Source: an uncultured Myxococcales bacterium (GTDB taxonomy: Bacteria; Myxococcota_A; UBA9042). Taken from it: 64,000 nucleotides of DNA. Within the stretch, counting starts at the first letter, position 1, and every line of letters begins with the position of its first letter. The position numbers and the translations under genes were made by a program. Below the pieces are notes generated by a model, which saw nothing but the letters and a program-made list of their open reading frames with translations, ran no database searches and had not been told where the DNA came from. The DNA lies in the NCBI GenBank assembly GCA_903896545.1, contig CAITYF010000029.1, positions 138,350-202,349 on the forward strand, in the 5' to 3' direction. Below are positions 18,357 through 27,686 of this stretch, one piece after another.

Positions 18357-19085
18357 ATGCACATTCTAATCACGATGGCCGGCCTCGGCAGCCGCTTTCG
18401 CGCGAAGGGCTATTCGGTGCCCAAGTACCAGATCGAAGTCCGCGGTCGCACCCTATTTTCTTGGTCGATGGAGAGCCTCCGGAATTTCTTTCCCGGGAAT
18501 CTCACCACGTTCGTGGTGCGCAAGGAGGACGCTCCTGATGCATTCATTCGGCAGGAACTCCTCGCGTTTGGCGTCACCGAACCCGTCATCATCAGCCTCG
18601 ACGCGTTGACCGACGGACAGGCGACAACTGTGCTTCTGTCCCTACCGACGCTTCGCGGGCGCGACGCCCAAGCGCCGCTGCTCATCTACAACATCGATAC
18701 GTTTGTTGAGCCCCACGCGCTGCAACCCTCCGATATTCGTGGCGATGGATGGATTCCCTGTTTTCCCGGCAAAGGGGATGCGTGGAGCTTCTTCCGTACC
18801 GACGCGAGCGGGCGGGTGTTGGAAGCCAAGGAAAAGGTGCGGATTTCGGACCATGCATCGATCGGACTCTACTATTTTGCGTCTCTGGACATCTTCGAAG
18901 AGACCTACCGCGCGTATTTTCGGGACGGACTGCCTGACGGACTGCGCGAACGCTACGTCGCGCCCATGTACCAGGACCTCATCGCCCGCGGGCGCGATCT
19001 CTGGGTTCAGGAGATTCCCGAAGGCGCTGTCCACCCGCTGGGAACACCGGAGGAAGTCGATCTGTTTGCAGCCGACGGTCGCTGA
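18357..19085 (+). CDS. sugar-phosphate/head-group nucleotidyltransferase (LicC/MurU/GlmU-N-like)
   Basis: ATG 18357, 6 nt after the upstream stop. N-terminal MHILITMAGLGSRFRAKGYSVPKYQIEVRGR is the canonical NTP-transferase G-loop and PK motif. Length is 243 aa. Confidence 0.75.
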   Translation: MHILITMAGLGSRFRAKGYSVPKYQIEVRGRTLFSWSMESLRNFFPGNLTTFVVRKEDAPDAFIRQELLAFGVTEPVIISLDALTDGQATTVLLSLPTLRGRDAQAPLLIYNIDTFVEPHALQPSDIRGDGWIPCFPGKGDAWSFFRTDASGRVLEAKEKVRISDHASIGLYYFASLDIFEETYRAYFRDGLPDGLRERYVAPMYQDLIARGRDLWVQEIPEGAVHPLGTPEEVDLFAADGR

Positions 19086-19118
19086 CCGCCTTTGGCCACC
19101 CATGCGGGCAGATTCACA

Positions 19119-19148
19119 TTGACATCCCGGCCATTGCCCCTGTACACT
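19119..19148 (+). promoter_or_regulatory. candidate sigma70-type promoter for rpsO (TTGACA, 18-nt spacer, TACACT)
   Basis: TTGACA at 19119-19124 and TACACT at 19143-19148, read directly. A perfect 7-bp hairpin GGACACC(19164-70)/GGTGTCC(19180-86) lies downstream in the rpsO leader. Confidence 0.35.
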
Positions 19149-19285
19149 CTCGCCCCCAGTCAGGACACCCATCAAGGGCGGTGTCCCCACGTAGGGAAAA
19201 GGATTGGACGGGCGCTCAAACGGGGCTTCCCGCCACCCGAAGACACCACCGCCGCGCTCCCAAGCGAGCATAGGAACGGACAGAA

Positions 19286-19555
19286 ATGGCGCTTCTCGCA
19301 CACCAGACCGCTGAAATCGTTGAGACCCACCGCAAGCATGCGACCGACACCGGCTCGCCGGAAGTGCAGATCGGCATCCTCACGACGCGGATCAACCAGC
19401 TCACCGAACACTTCAAAATCCACGTGAAGGATCACCACGGTCGCCGCGGCTTGCTGCGCATGGTGAGCCAGCGTCGCGGCTTGCTCGACTATGTCCGCCG
19501 CACGGACGTTGATCGCTACAAGACCATTCTGGCGACGTTCGAACTGCGCAAGTAG
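19286..19555 (+). CDS. rpsO: 30S ribosomal protein S15
   Basis: 89-aa product [57 protein letters not shown]... is unmistakably S15. An RBS GGAacGGA sits upstream. Confidence 0.9.
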   Translation: MALLAHQTAEIVETHRKHATDTGSPEVQIGILTTRINQLTEHFKIHVKDHHGRRGLLRMVSQRRGLLDYVRRTDVDRYKTILATFELRK

Positions 19556-19561
19556 TTCGTC

Positions 19562-19608
19562 GGACCCCAGTTAGGCACATCGGGCGGCAAGTCGCCCGGT
19601 CCGACTGG
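19562..19608 (+). promoter_or_regulatory. rpsO-pnp intergenic extended hairpin (RNase III-type pnp leader structure or attenuator)
   Basis: Inner stem CGGGCG(19581-86)/CGCCCG(19593-98) with loop GCAAGT. Outer stem CCAGT(19567-71)/ACTGG(19604-08). No T-tract follows. Confidence 0.45.
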
Positions 19609-19756
19609 AGATCCTGAGATCGCGTGAGTTGCGCTGCCGACGCCCGGCATGCCAACTCGCGAGACGCCGAGATCCATCCGTTTGCCGCACCCAGTTTCTC
19701 GTCAGCAAACAAGCATCACAGGGCCATAGAGAACGCGCCCTGTACCGGAGTTCCCC

Positions 19757-22093
19757 ATGGCCCATGTGCAAAAGACCGTCGCGATTGGCGACAAGACTCT
19801 ACTCCTCGACACCGGCAAAATGGCGAAATTCGCCAACGGCGCCGTGATGATTTCCATGGGCGGCACGTCCGTTCTGTGCACGACCGTCTCGTCCTTGACG
19901 AACAAGGTCGGCGCGCAGTTCTTCCCGCTTTCCTGCGACTACTTCGAGAAGTTCTACGCTGCCGGTCGCATCCCGGGCTCGTACTTCAAGCGTGAAGGTC
20001 GTCAGGCGGAACACGAAGTGCTCGCTTCGCGCCTCATCGATCGTCCGTGCCGCCCGCTGTTCCCGGAAGGGTTCCAGGCGGAGACGCAGGTCACGGCGAC
20101 GGTCGTTTCGTACGACAAGAACGCTGATCCGGTTGTGCTGGCGGTGAACGGCTGCTCTGCCGCGCTCGCGATTTCCGACATTCCGTGGGCGGGACCCGTT
20201 GCGGCGACGCGCGTCGGTTACGTGGACGGCAAGCTGGTCGCCAACCCGACGTTCGCCGAGAAGGCCGTCAGCGAGTTGGACCTGTTCGTCGTCGTCGGCC
20301 CCAAGGGCATCGTCATGGTGGAAGCCGGTGCGAAGTTCGTCAGCGAGCAGCTGATGATCGACGCGCTGTTCTTCGCTGAAGACACGCTGAAGCCGGTCGT
20401 CGCGGCGTTCCAGGAACTGGCGGCGGAAGTCGGCAAGGCCAAGTACGTGTACGTTGCCCCCGCCGTGAACGAAGAACTCGTGGCCGCGTGCCGCGAAGTC
20501 GCCTTCGAGCAGATCAAGACGGCGGCTGTCATCCCGGCGAAGACCGAACGCTACGCAGCGATCTCGGCAGTCAAGAAGGCGGCCGTTAAGGCGCTCGCTG
20601 AGAAGTACCCGAACGACGGCGAGGCGATCAAGGAGATCGTCGGCGAGTTCAAGTCGGAATTCTGCCGCGCGCAGATCCTCAACGACCGCACGCGCCTCGA
20701 TGGCCGCGCGCTCGATCAGGTCCGCAAGATCACCATCGAGACCGGCGTGCTGCCGCGCGCTCACGGCTCGGTGCTGTTCACCCGCGGTGAGACGCAGTCG
20801 CTCGTTGCCGCGACGCTGGGCACGGGTCACGATCTGCAGAAGATCGAGACGCTGAACGGCACGGAAGATCGCCGCTTCCTGCTGCACTACAATTTCCCTC
20901 CGTTCTCGACGGGTGAAGTGAAGCCGCTGCGTGGTCCTGGCCGTCGCGAGATCGGTCACGGTGCGCTCGCGTGGCGCGGCATCAGCCCGGCGCTGCCGTC
21001 GTTTGAGAACTTCCCGTACATCCTGCGCTCGGTCTCCGAGATTCTGGAGTCCAACGGTTCGTCGTCGATGGCGACGGTCTGCGGCACCAGCCTCGCGCTG
21101 ATGGACGCGGGCGTGCCGGTCAGTTCGGCGGTCGCTGGCATCGCGATGGGCCTGATTTCGGACGGCGACAACTTCGCGGTGCTGTCTGACATCCTCGGCG
21201 ACGAAGATCACTTCGGCGACATGGACTTCAAGGTTGTCGGTTCGGCCGACGGCATCAGCGCGCTGCAGATGGACATCAAGATCGACGGCCTGAGCCGCCC
21301 GATTCTGGAAGCGGCGCTGGCGCAGGCCAAGGCCGGTCGCCTGCACATTCTCGGTGAGATGAACAAGGCGATCTCGACGTTCCGTCCGGAGCTGTCGCAG
21401 TTCGCCCCGCGGATCTTCACGATCCTCATCAACCCGGAGCGCATCAAGGACCTCATCGGCCCCGGTGGCAAGAACATCAAGTCGATCGTCGCGACCACGG
21501 GCGCGCAGGTGGACGTGGAAGAAGACGGCACGGTTCGCGTGGCGGCCATCGACGGCGAAGTTGCTGACGCGGCCATCAACATGGTCCGCGGCTTCACCAG
21601 CGAAGCGGAAGTGGGCAAAGACTACGACGGCGTCGTCACGCGCATCGCCGATTTCGGCGCGTTCGTCCGCATCATGCCGGGCACGGAAGGCCTCGTGCAC
21701 ATCAGCGAACTGGCGGAAGGCCGTGTGGAACGCGTGGAAGACGTGTGCAAGCTCGGCGACCCGCTGAAGGTGCGCGTCATCAACGTGGACCGCATGGGCA
21801 AGATTCGCCTGTCGCGTCGTGAAGCGTTGGGTCTCCCGCCGCGTCCGCCGCGTGAAGACGGCGATCGTGGTGGTGGTAGTGGCGGCGATCGCGGCCGAGG
21901 CCCCCGTGATCGCGATCGCGGCCCGCGCCGTGACGGCCCGCGTGATGACCGTGGTCCGCGTCGTGATGATCGCGGCCCGGCCCAAGGTGCTGCCGAGGGC
22001 GGCCACGGCGAGCGCAGCGATGCGGCCAACGAGCGCCGTCAGCGCCGTGAACGCGGCGAAGGCGGCAGTGGTGAGACGCCCGCAGGCGAGTAA
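19757..22093 (+). CDS. pnp: polynucleotide phosphorylase (PNPase) with C-terminal Arg/Gly/Asp-rich low-complexity extension
   Basis: GGAG RBS. Two RNase PH domains, KH and S1 ([23 protein letters not shown]...) are present. An RD/RG-rich tail of about 90 aa follows ([47 protein letters not shown]...). Total length is 778 aa. Confidence 0.9.
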   Translation: MAHVQKTVAIGDKTLLLDTGKMAKFANGAVMISMGGTSVLCTTVSSLTNKVGAQFFPLSCDYFEKFYAAGRIPGSYFKREGRQAEHEVLASRLIDRPCRPLFPEGFQAETQVTATVVSYDKNADPVVLAVNGCSAALAISDIPWAGPVAATRVGYVDGKLVANPTFAEKAVSELDLFVVVGPKGIVMVEAGAKFVSEQLMIDALFFAEDTLKPVVAAFQELAAEVGKAKYVYVAPAVNEELVAACREVAFEQIKTAAVIPAKTERYAAISAVKKAAVKALAEKYPNDGEAIKEIVGEFKSEFCRAQILNDRTRLDGRALDQVRKITIETGVLPRAHGSVLFTRGETQSLVAATLGTGHDLQKIETLNGTEDRRFLLHYNFPPFSTGEVKPLRGPGRREIGHGALAWRGISPALPSFENFPYILRSVSEILESNGSSSMATVCGTSLALMDAGVPVSSAVAGIAMGLISDGDNFAVLSDILGDEDHFGDMDFKVVGSADGISALQMDIKIDGLSRPILEAALAQAKAGRLHILGEMNKAISTFRPELSQFAPRIFTILINPERIKDLIGPGGKNIKSIVATTGAQVDVEEDGTVRVAAIDGEVADAAINMVRGFTSEAEVGKDYDGVVTRIADFGAFVRIMPGTEGLVHISELAEGRVERVEDVCKLGDPLKVRVINVDRMGKIRLSRREALGLPPRPPREDGDRGGGSGGDRGRGPRDRDRGPRRDGPRDDRGPRRDDRGPAQGAAEGGHGERSDAANERRQRRERGEGGSGETPAGE

Positions 22094-22113
22094 TCGTCTG
22101 GCGTGAATGATTG

Positions 22114-22160
22114 AAGAAGGCCCGGTTGGACGCGAGTTCAGCTGGGCCTTCTGGCTTTTG
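22114..22160 (+). terminator. candidate intrinsic terminator after pnp
   Basis: Inverted repeat aAGAAGGCCC(22114-23)...GGGCCTTCT(22144-52) followed by GGCTTTTGGGG, a T-containing tract. Confidence 0.45.
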
Positions 22161-22664
22161 GGGCGAGGACCGGCACGGGGCGAAGATCGAAGCGGCGTCC
22201 TTGCAGCGATGCTCCGCGCAGCTGGTCGCTCGTGTACGCGGGCTGGGACTGGGGCCGCTGCGCTTTCACGTTGGCGGGGGCGGAAGTATTTTGTGGCCAG
22301 CGTAAAAAGATCCGCGGCAAAAGTTGGGAATCTGCGAATACCAGTTGTCGCGCGTGTCGGGCGCGATGCTCTTCGGGAGCCTCGGCGCGCGCCGGGGGGA
22401 GCGGGGTAGCCCACAGAAACCAGGCCGGGCGCTCAGCGGGACAGAAGGACCCCGCGGGAGTGCCGAAGGTTGGGCGGCGCAGCGCGAGCTGCGGGACCGC
22501 TTTGGTGGATCACGTCCGCGTGACGGCGGGCGTTTCGGCGGGGAGGTCGATTTTTTGGCTGGGAGGTCCCCCCGGCGTAAGCCGGAACCTCGCCTTTTTG
22601 CCGAAGCCGACTGAAGCGCGCCACGGTGCACGTCGAAGCTGGCCCCACTCGCTCGGCACCAAGT

Positions 22665-25600
22665 TCATCGAACGCATCGAACGTACAGTGAGAACGAGCC
22701 ATCATAACCGATCGTCTTCCCGTAGGTGAAGTCCGTGCGCCAGTACGACCCACCCACCGCCTTGTAGGTCGTTGCACTCCAGTAGGCTGCGAGCTGGGTG
22801 CCGAAAAACACCGTCGTGTTAATCGCGGGCCCGGTTGACGTTGTGTTGCGGTCGACAATCGAGTCGAGCTCAATCGCGCGCGGAAGCCGCCAGCCGCCAC
22901 CGGCGGTCGAGAGTCCACTGCACCGCGTGATCGCACTCGCCTGCACATAGGGAGAAACCGAAGGAGTCCGCTCCCAAACAAGCTTCGTGGCGTTGTCTGT
23001 GACGGTGCTGGCATCGGAGGTGAACCGCGTCGACGGGCTTGCCGACAACACGGAGCTTCGTACACAACGCACTCGCGCCGTGCTCGCCACGCTGAGGGTG
23101 TTGAGGACACCAGCGGCCCCCGATACCGTCCAGGCGCTTTGCGACGCGGTCTCGACCGACTGCACCGCAGTCCAATAGACGTCCGTGACCGCAACCGACT
23201 GGAAGACGCTGGATACGACCGGTCCGTACGCGGTCAGATCTCGCAGCGACGCCAGTTCAGCGAGCGACGGGAGGCGCCAGTCCGACTTGGAGGCCGTCGT
23301 CGCCGTTTTGCAGTAGGCGTTGGCCTCAGTCCACGTCTTCAGCGTGACGCCGCTGTCTTGTTTCTGCCAAGTCAGGTACGTCAACGCGTCGCCCACCGTT
23401 CCGTCACCGTTGTCGGCCAATTTCGTCGCGGGCACGTTCGGATTGTCCGTCCGGCCGCCCCAAGCCGGAAAATCCGGCGCGCACACGCAACCGGCTCCCG
23501 TCTCGACGTACGCGTAGCCATTCGTGCAACTCGCCGGTCCCGTACACGTCAGCGTAAACGTGCTCACCACGCCCGCGCCACACACCCCCGCCGTACACGT
23601 CCCCGTCGCGCACGCCGCCCCATCGCTCAGGTTCACGTGCTTGCACCCACTCGCGGGGTCGCAGCTGTCCGTCGTGCAGCCATTGCCGTCGTCGCAATTC
23701 ACGCCCGTGCCCACGCAAGCGCCGCCGGTACACGTGTCGCCGGACGTACACGCGCTGCTGTCATCACACGCGGCCGCAAGATTCGCGTGCGTGCAGCCCG
23801 TCGTGCTGTCGCAGGAATCGCTCGTGCAGACCTGATTGTCGCTGCAGTTGACCGCGTTGCCGGTACAGACGCCGCTGACGCACGTGTCACCCGTCGTGCA
23901 CTTGCTGCCGTCGTCACACGAAACCACCACGTTGGTCTGCACGCAACCCAGCACTTTGTCGCAGCTGTCGCTCGTGCACGGGTTACCGTCATTGCAAAAC
24001 GCGGTCGCTCCTTTGCACGTGCCCTGCCCGCACATGTCACCGTTCGTGCACGCGTTGCCGTCGTCGCACGGAGCCGAGGTGTACGTGAAAATACAGCCCG
24101 CGACCTTGTCGCAGGTGTCTGCCGTGCACAGGTTGAAGTCGTTGCAAATGGCCGCCGTGCCGCCGCAAGCGCCGTTCGCGCAGGCGTCGTTGAACGTGCA
24201 AGCGTCGTTGTCATTGCACGCCGCCGTGTTGTTGCTGTGACTGCACGCGCCGCCGACGAGGCACGTGTCCGTCGTACACGGGTTGCCATCGTTGCAGCCG
24301 CTGCTGGTGACGGTGTACACGCAGCCCTTGACCACGTCGCAGCTGTCCGTCGTACAGACGTTGTTGTCGTCGCAGACCTTGTTGGTGCCCACGCAGCCGC
24401 CGCCCGTGCAAGTTTCCCCGGCCGTGCACGCGTTGTTGTCGTTGCACGCCAAGGCGTTGTCCACATGCGTGCAGCCTGCCTTGCTGCAGCTGTCCTCAGT
24501 GCAGAAGTTGCCGTCGTCGCAGATCATCGCCGTACCGGCGCAGAGACCAAGCTTGCAAAAGTCGCCCGTCGTACACGCGTCGCCGTCGTTGCAGTTCAGG
24601 TTGTTGAAAGAGTGCCCGCAGCCATCAATCGCGTCGCAGCTGTCGGTCGTGCACGGGTTGCCGTCATTGCACGCCGCCGAGTTCGCCGCAAAAACACAGC
24701 CTGATCCGCCGTCGCAGCCGTCGCTTGTGCACACGTTGCCGTCGTCACACGTCAGGGCTGCGCCCGCGCACGCGCCGTTCTGACAGGTGTCTCCGGTCGT
24801 ACACGCGTCACCGTCATCGCAACTCGCGCTGGTCTTGGCGTGAACGCAGCCGATGGTTATTTGGCAGCTATCCGCGGTGCACGCGTTGCCATCGTCGCAG
24901 TTGGTGGTCTGTCCGCTGCAACTGCCGCTGGCGCACTTGTCCGCGCTCGTGCAGGCGTTGCCGTCGTTGCAGCTGATTGTGTTGTTGCTGTGCACGCAGC
25001 CCGCGCCGGCGATGCACGCGTCGTTGGTGCACGGGTTGGCGTCGTCGCAGTTGGTCAGGCTGCCGATGCAGCCCCCGTCCGTGCACGTGTCGCCAGTCGT
25101 GCAGGCGTTGCCGTCGCTGCAGGCTGCGGTGCTGTTGGCGTACGCGCAGCCAGTCGCCGGGTTGCAGGTGTCGTCGGTGCAGGTGTTGCCGTCGTCGCAA
25201 GGCAGCGCTTGTCCCTGACAGCCGCCGCCCAAGCACACGTCGCCCACCGTGCAGGAGTTGCCGTCGTTGCACAGCGCTGTTGTGTTGGCATGGACGCAGC
25301 CTAGACTCGGCTGGCAGCTGTCCATCGTGCAGATGTTCGCGTCATCGCACGTGATACCACTGCCGACGCAGCCGCCGGCGACGCACGTGTCCGCGCCGGT
25401 GCACGCGTTGCCGTCAAAACAAGGTGCCGTCGCGTTGCTGTGGCTGCAGCCCTGGGTGCCAGAACACGTGTCGTTGGTGCACGCGTTGCCGTCGTCACAG
25501 GAAACTGGCGCGCCGTTGCAGGTTCCCAAGGCGCAACTGTCGCCCGTCGTGCACGCGTTGCCGTCGACGCACGCCAGCGTGTTGGCCGCGTGTCCGCACC

Positions 25601-26678
25601 CCGCGATGCCCAGGCACGTGTCGGTCGTGCACACGTTGTCATCGTCACATGACGTGTTGTCGATCTGCCCGTTGCAGTCGTCGTCCTTCGCGTTGCAGAC
25701 CTCGACGGCACCTGGGTGCACGTACGGACTCTTGTCATCGCAGTCCGTCGTTTCTGTGACGTAACCGGGCGGCGCGACGCAGCCCTGAGCGCTCACCTTC
25801 GCATTGCCAAAGCCGTCGCCGTCGGCGTCCTGGAACCAGGTCGCGGCAACGCCTTCATCGGTTTGGCCGTCGCAGTTGTCGTCCAAGCCGTTGCAGGTTT
25901 CCGGTTGTGCCCCGGTGCCGGTACACGCGCTCAAGCCGTCCAGCGTGCACTTGCGCGTACCTGGACACGCGCCGGCACTATTCTTGACCAGACACGTTGT
26001 GCTCGCGCCGTCAAACGTCGCCAGTTCCGAACAACTGCACTCGCCGGTCACCAACACGCACTGCTTGCCCGCGCCTTTCTCGCCCTGAACGGCTTTGCAG
26101 TCGTAGCCCGACGGGCACTCGTTTGTGCTGTTGCAGCCGCCGCCACAAAAGCGCCCGGCGGCGCCGTAGTCGATGCAGAGCGACCCACCGTTGACCTTGC
26201 CGCATTCTGCGTCCGTCACGCACGGGCGACAGAGCGCGACCGACGTCGGCAAGCAGATGAAGGACGTGTCCGTGCTGCCGGTTACCTGGGCGCACTTGAA
26301 GCCGCCCGGACAGCAGTCGACGCACGTCTGCGTGCAGATCTTGCCATTCGCCGAATCGACGCAATAGCCGCTCTGACAATCCGCCGCGGCAGCGCACGTT
26401 GCGCCGGATTCGCCTTTGGCTGGCTGAGTGGGAAAATCACAAGACGTCGTCACCGAATCCGTGGACACCGCGTCAGAAGCCGCCGCATCGCCCTGGCCCG
26501 CTGTGTCCTTGTCTCCCCCGGCAGTGTCGCCTTTCGCGTTCGCCGCGTCCGTCCCACCGATTTGCGAGTCGAACGTCACGTTGACGTCCACGCCTGTTCC
26601 AGCGCCGTCTTCCGCTTTGGGGCTACTACACGCCGCAAGCCCCCAAACAACAGCGACGAGGACAAACAGATGGCGCAT
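22665..26678 (-). CDS. giant secreted lipoprotein: about 19 myxobacterial Cys-rich repeats (CxDGNxCTxDxC) plus two C-terminal DUF1566 (Lcl-C-like) domains
   Basis: The true start is the internal Met at 26678 (complement CAT at 26676-78), giving MRHLFVLVAVVWGLAACSS with a lipobox. The ORF track's longer 5' extension has no signal peptide. Repeats such as ALPCDDGNTCTDDTCNPATGCAYANSTAACSDGNACTTGDTCTDGGC recur. The C-terminus has DALTYLTWQKQ...WTEANAYC...DWRLPSLAELASL and a second TKLVWERTP...GGGWRLPRAIELDSIV copy. Length is 1337 aa. Confidence 0.8.
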   Translation of the reverse strand: MRHLFVLVAVVWGLAACSSPKAEDGAGTGVDVNVTFDSQIGGTDAANAKGDTAGGDKDTAGQGDAAASDAVSTDSVTTSCDFPTQPAKGESGATCAAAADCQSGYCVDSANGKICTQTCVDCCPGGFKCAQVTGSTDTSFICLPTSVALCRPCVTDAECGKVNGGSLCIDYGAAGRFCGGGCNSTNECPSGYDCKAVQGEKGAGKQCVLVTGECSCSELATFDGASTTCLVKNSAGACPGTRKCTLDGLSACTGTGAQPETCNGLDDNCDGQTDEGVAATWFQDADGDGFGNAKVSAQGCVAPPGYVTETTDCDDKSPYVHPGAVEVCNAKDDDCNGQIDNTSCDDDNVCTTDTCLGIAGCGHAANTLACVDGNACTTGDSCALGTCNGAPVSCDDGNACTNDTCSGTQGCSHSNATAPCFDGNACTGADTCVAGGCVGSGITCDDANICTMDSCQPSLGCVHANTTALCNDGNSCTVGDVCLGGGCQGQALPCDDGNTCTDDTCNPATGCAYANSTAACSDGNACTTGDTCTDGGCIGSLTNCDDANPCTNDACIAGAGCVHSNNTISCNDGNACTSADKCASGSCSGQTTNCDDGNACTADSCQITIGCVHAKTSASCDDGDACTTGDTCQNGACAGAALTCDDGNVCTSDGCDGGSGCVFAANSAACNDGNPCTTDSCDAIDGCGHSFNNLNCNDGDACTTGDFCKLGLCAGTAMICDDGNFCTEDSCSKAGCTHVDNALACNDNNACTAGETCTGGGCVGTNKVCDDNNVCTTDSCDVVKGCVYTVTSSGCNDGNPCTTDTCLVGGACSHSNNTAACNDNDACTFNDACANGACGGTAAICNDFNLCTADTCDKVAGCIFTYTSAPCDDGNACTNGDMCGQGTCKGATAFCNDGNPCTSDSCDKVLGCVQTNVVVSCDDGSKCTTGDTCVSGVCTGNAVNCSDNQVCTSDSCDSTTGCTHANLAAACDDSSACTSGDTCTGGACVGTGVNCDDGNGCTTDSCDPASGCKHVNLSDGAACATGTCTAGVCGAGVVSTFTLTCTGPASCTNGYAYVETGAGCVCAPDFPAWGGRTDNPNVPATKLADNGDGTVGDALTYLTWQKQDSGVTLKTWTEANAYCKTATTASKSDWRLPSLAELASLRDLTAYGPVVSSVFQSVAVTDVYWTAVQSVETASQSAWTVSGAAGVLNTLSVASTARVRCVRSSVLSASPSTRFTSDASTVTDNATKLVWERTPSVSPYVQASAITRCSGLSTAGGGWRLPRAIELDSIVDRNTTSTGPAINTTVFFGTQLAAYWSATTYKAVGGSYWRTDFTYGKTIGYDGSFSLYVRCVR
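23650..25800. repeat. nucleotide-level tandem repeat tract (about 110-120 bp units) encoding the Cys-rich repeats
   Basis: Recurrent GC-rich units (for example GTGCACGCGTTGCCGTCGTCGCA, the complement of TGCGACGACGGCAACGCGTGCAC). Related tracts occur at 57.6-59.2 kb and 61.3-62.8 kb. Confidence 0.7.
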
Positions 26679-26845
26679 CCAGCATTCCTCCGGAGCAGAG
26701 CCAAGCGACTCGTGCGATGTCGCTACGATGGCAAAAATGCGTTTGGGTTTCAACGGCGGAATCACGCAATCACCGAGCGCGTTCCAGTCGTCTGGCAGCG
26801 GATCCAGCCGCGACGGGCGAACGGCCGCGCGTGGCGGAATCGGAC

Positions 26846-27448
26846 CTACGGAAGCGTGTCCGACTTGCTGTCGCTGCCCGTTCCGTCGGCCTTGGGCTGG
26901 CAGGAAAACGCCGCGTTCATGGCGCACTGGAAGTAGTCCTGGAAGATTTTTGCGCCAATTGGGTCCGCCTTCAGCGGCGCGCCGCAAGCGTCCTGACAAG
27001 CCTGGTCGCTGTTGCACTTGCCGAGGCACACGAACGCGTTGGTGCACGTCGCGTTGCCCTTGCACGCGGCGGTTTCCTTGGCACAGACGGCGTCCACGCA
27101 CGCCGAGGAATTGTCGCCGGTGTCCTTGCTGCCGCTGACCGTGTCGTTGACGACGACAACTGGATTCGCAGCGCACGACGCCTCCGTCTTGGAGGTGACG
27201 ACGCAATGCGTGCCGGCTCCGCACGCCGTTCCCGCGGTCCACGTGGCCGGAGAAACGTCGGTCGGGCAGTTCACAATCGAACTCGTCGTGGTGCCAGGCT
27301 CCGTGTAGCAGCCAACCGGCGTGTTCGCCGCGACGCACGGGTTGCCGGGCGCGCCGCCGGGAACGGGATTACCGGAATTCGTCGTGCTGCCGCACGCGGT
27401 CGCGAGGATCGCGCACGCCACAAGGAAAAACTGCTTCAACGCGGTCAT
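26846..27448 (-). CDS. small Cys-rich secreted lipoprotein
   Basis: Internal Met at 27448 gives MTALKQFFLVACAILATACGS (lipobox). The mature protein of about 180 aa has roughly 22 Cys. Confidence 0.6.
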   Translation of the reverse strand: MTALKQFFLVACAILATACGSTTNSGNPVPGGAPGNPCVAANTPVGCYTEPGTTTSSIVNCPTDVSPATWTAGTACGAGTHCVVTSKTEASCAANPVVVVNDTVSGSKDTGDNSSACVDAVCAKETAACKGNATCTNAFVCLGKCNSDQACQDACGAPLKADPIGAKIFQDYFQCAMNAAFSCQPKADGTGSDSKSDTLP

Positions 27449-27686
27449 GGGAAAGCTCCGTGATTCCCGCCACGGCCCGACAAGTTGGCAGACGCGGCGT
27501 TCAGTGATACATGCCACACGCTGCCGATCGCCGGTTGCGCCGTGGCTCCGCTAGGTTACAGCGTTGCCACCGCGAGCGCAAACGACCGCCCTCGACACGC
27601 GTCAGGACGTTGCCGCCAACCTTGGGGAGATTGGCAGCAAATTGGCCCTTCGACCGGGCGCTTGTCTCCCCGCACTGGAGCCGAAC

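Noticed and set aside
19799-22414. 871-aa ORF antisense to pnp
   Set aside because: Artefactual: PNPase on the plus strand is unambiguous.
23139-24704. 521-aa plus-strand ORF and other long ORFs inside the Cys-repeat gene
   Set aside because: Open frames are produced by the GC-rich repeat. The Arg/Ala/Val-rich translations lack any signal or domain.
22665-27338. Full 1557-aa version of the giant Cys-repeat ORF
   Set aside because: The first 220 codons have no signal peptide and are Arg/Gly-rich. A lipobox Met with the typical signal sits at 26678, so the 5' extension was trimmed. The same logic was applied to ORFs at 26846-27517, 27564-29327, 32690-33892, 36137-38785, 38493-39344, 38478-41801 and 44634-46055.
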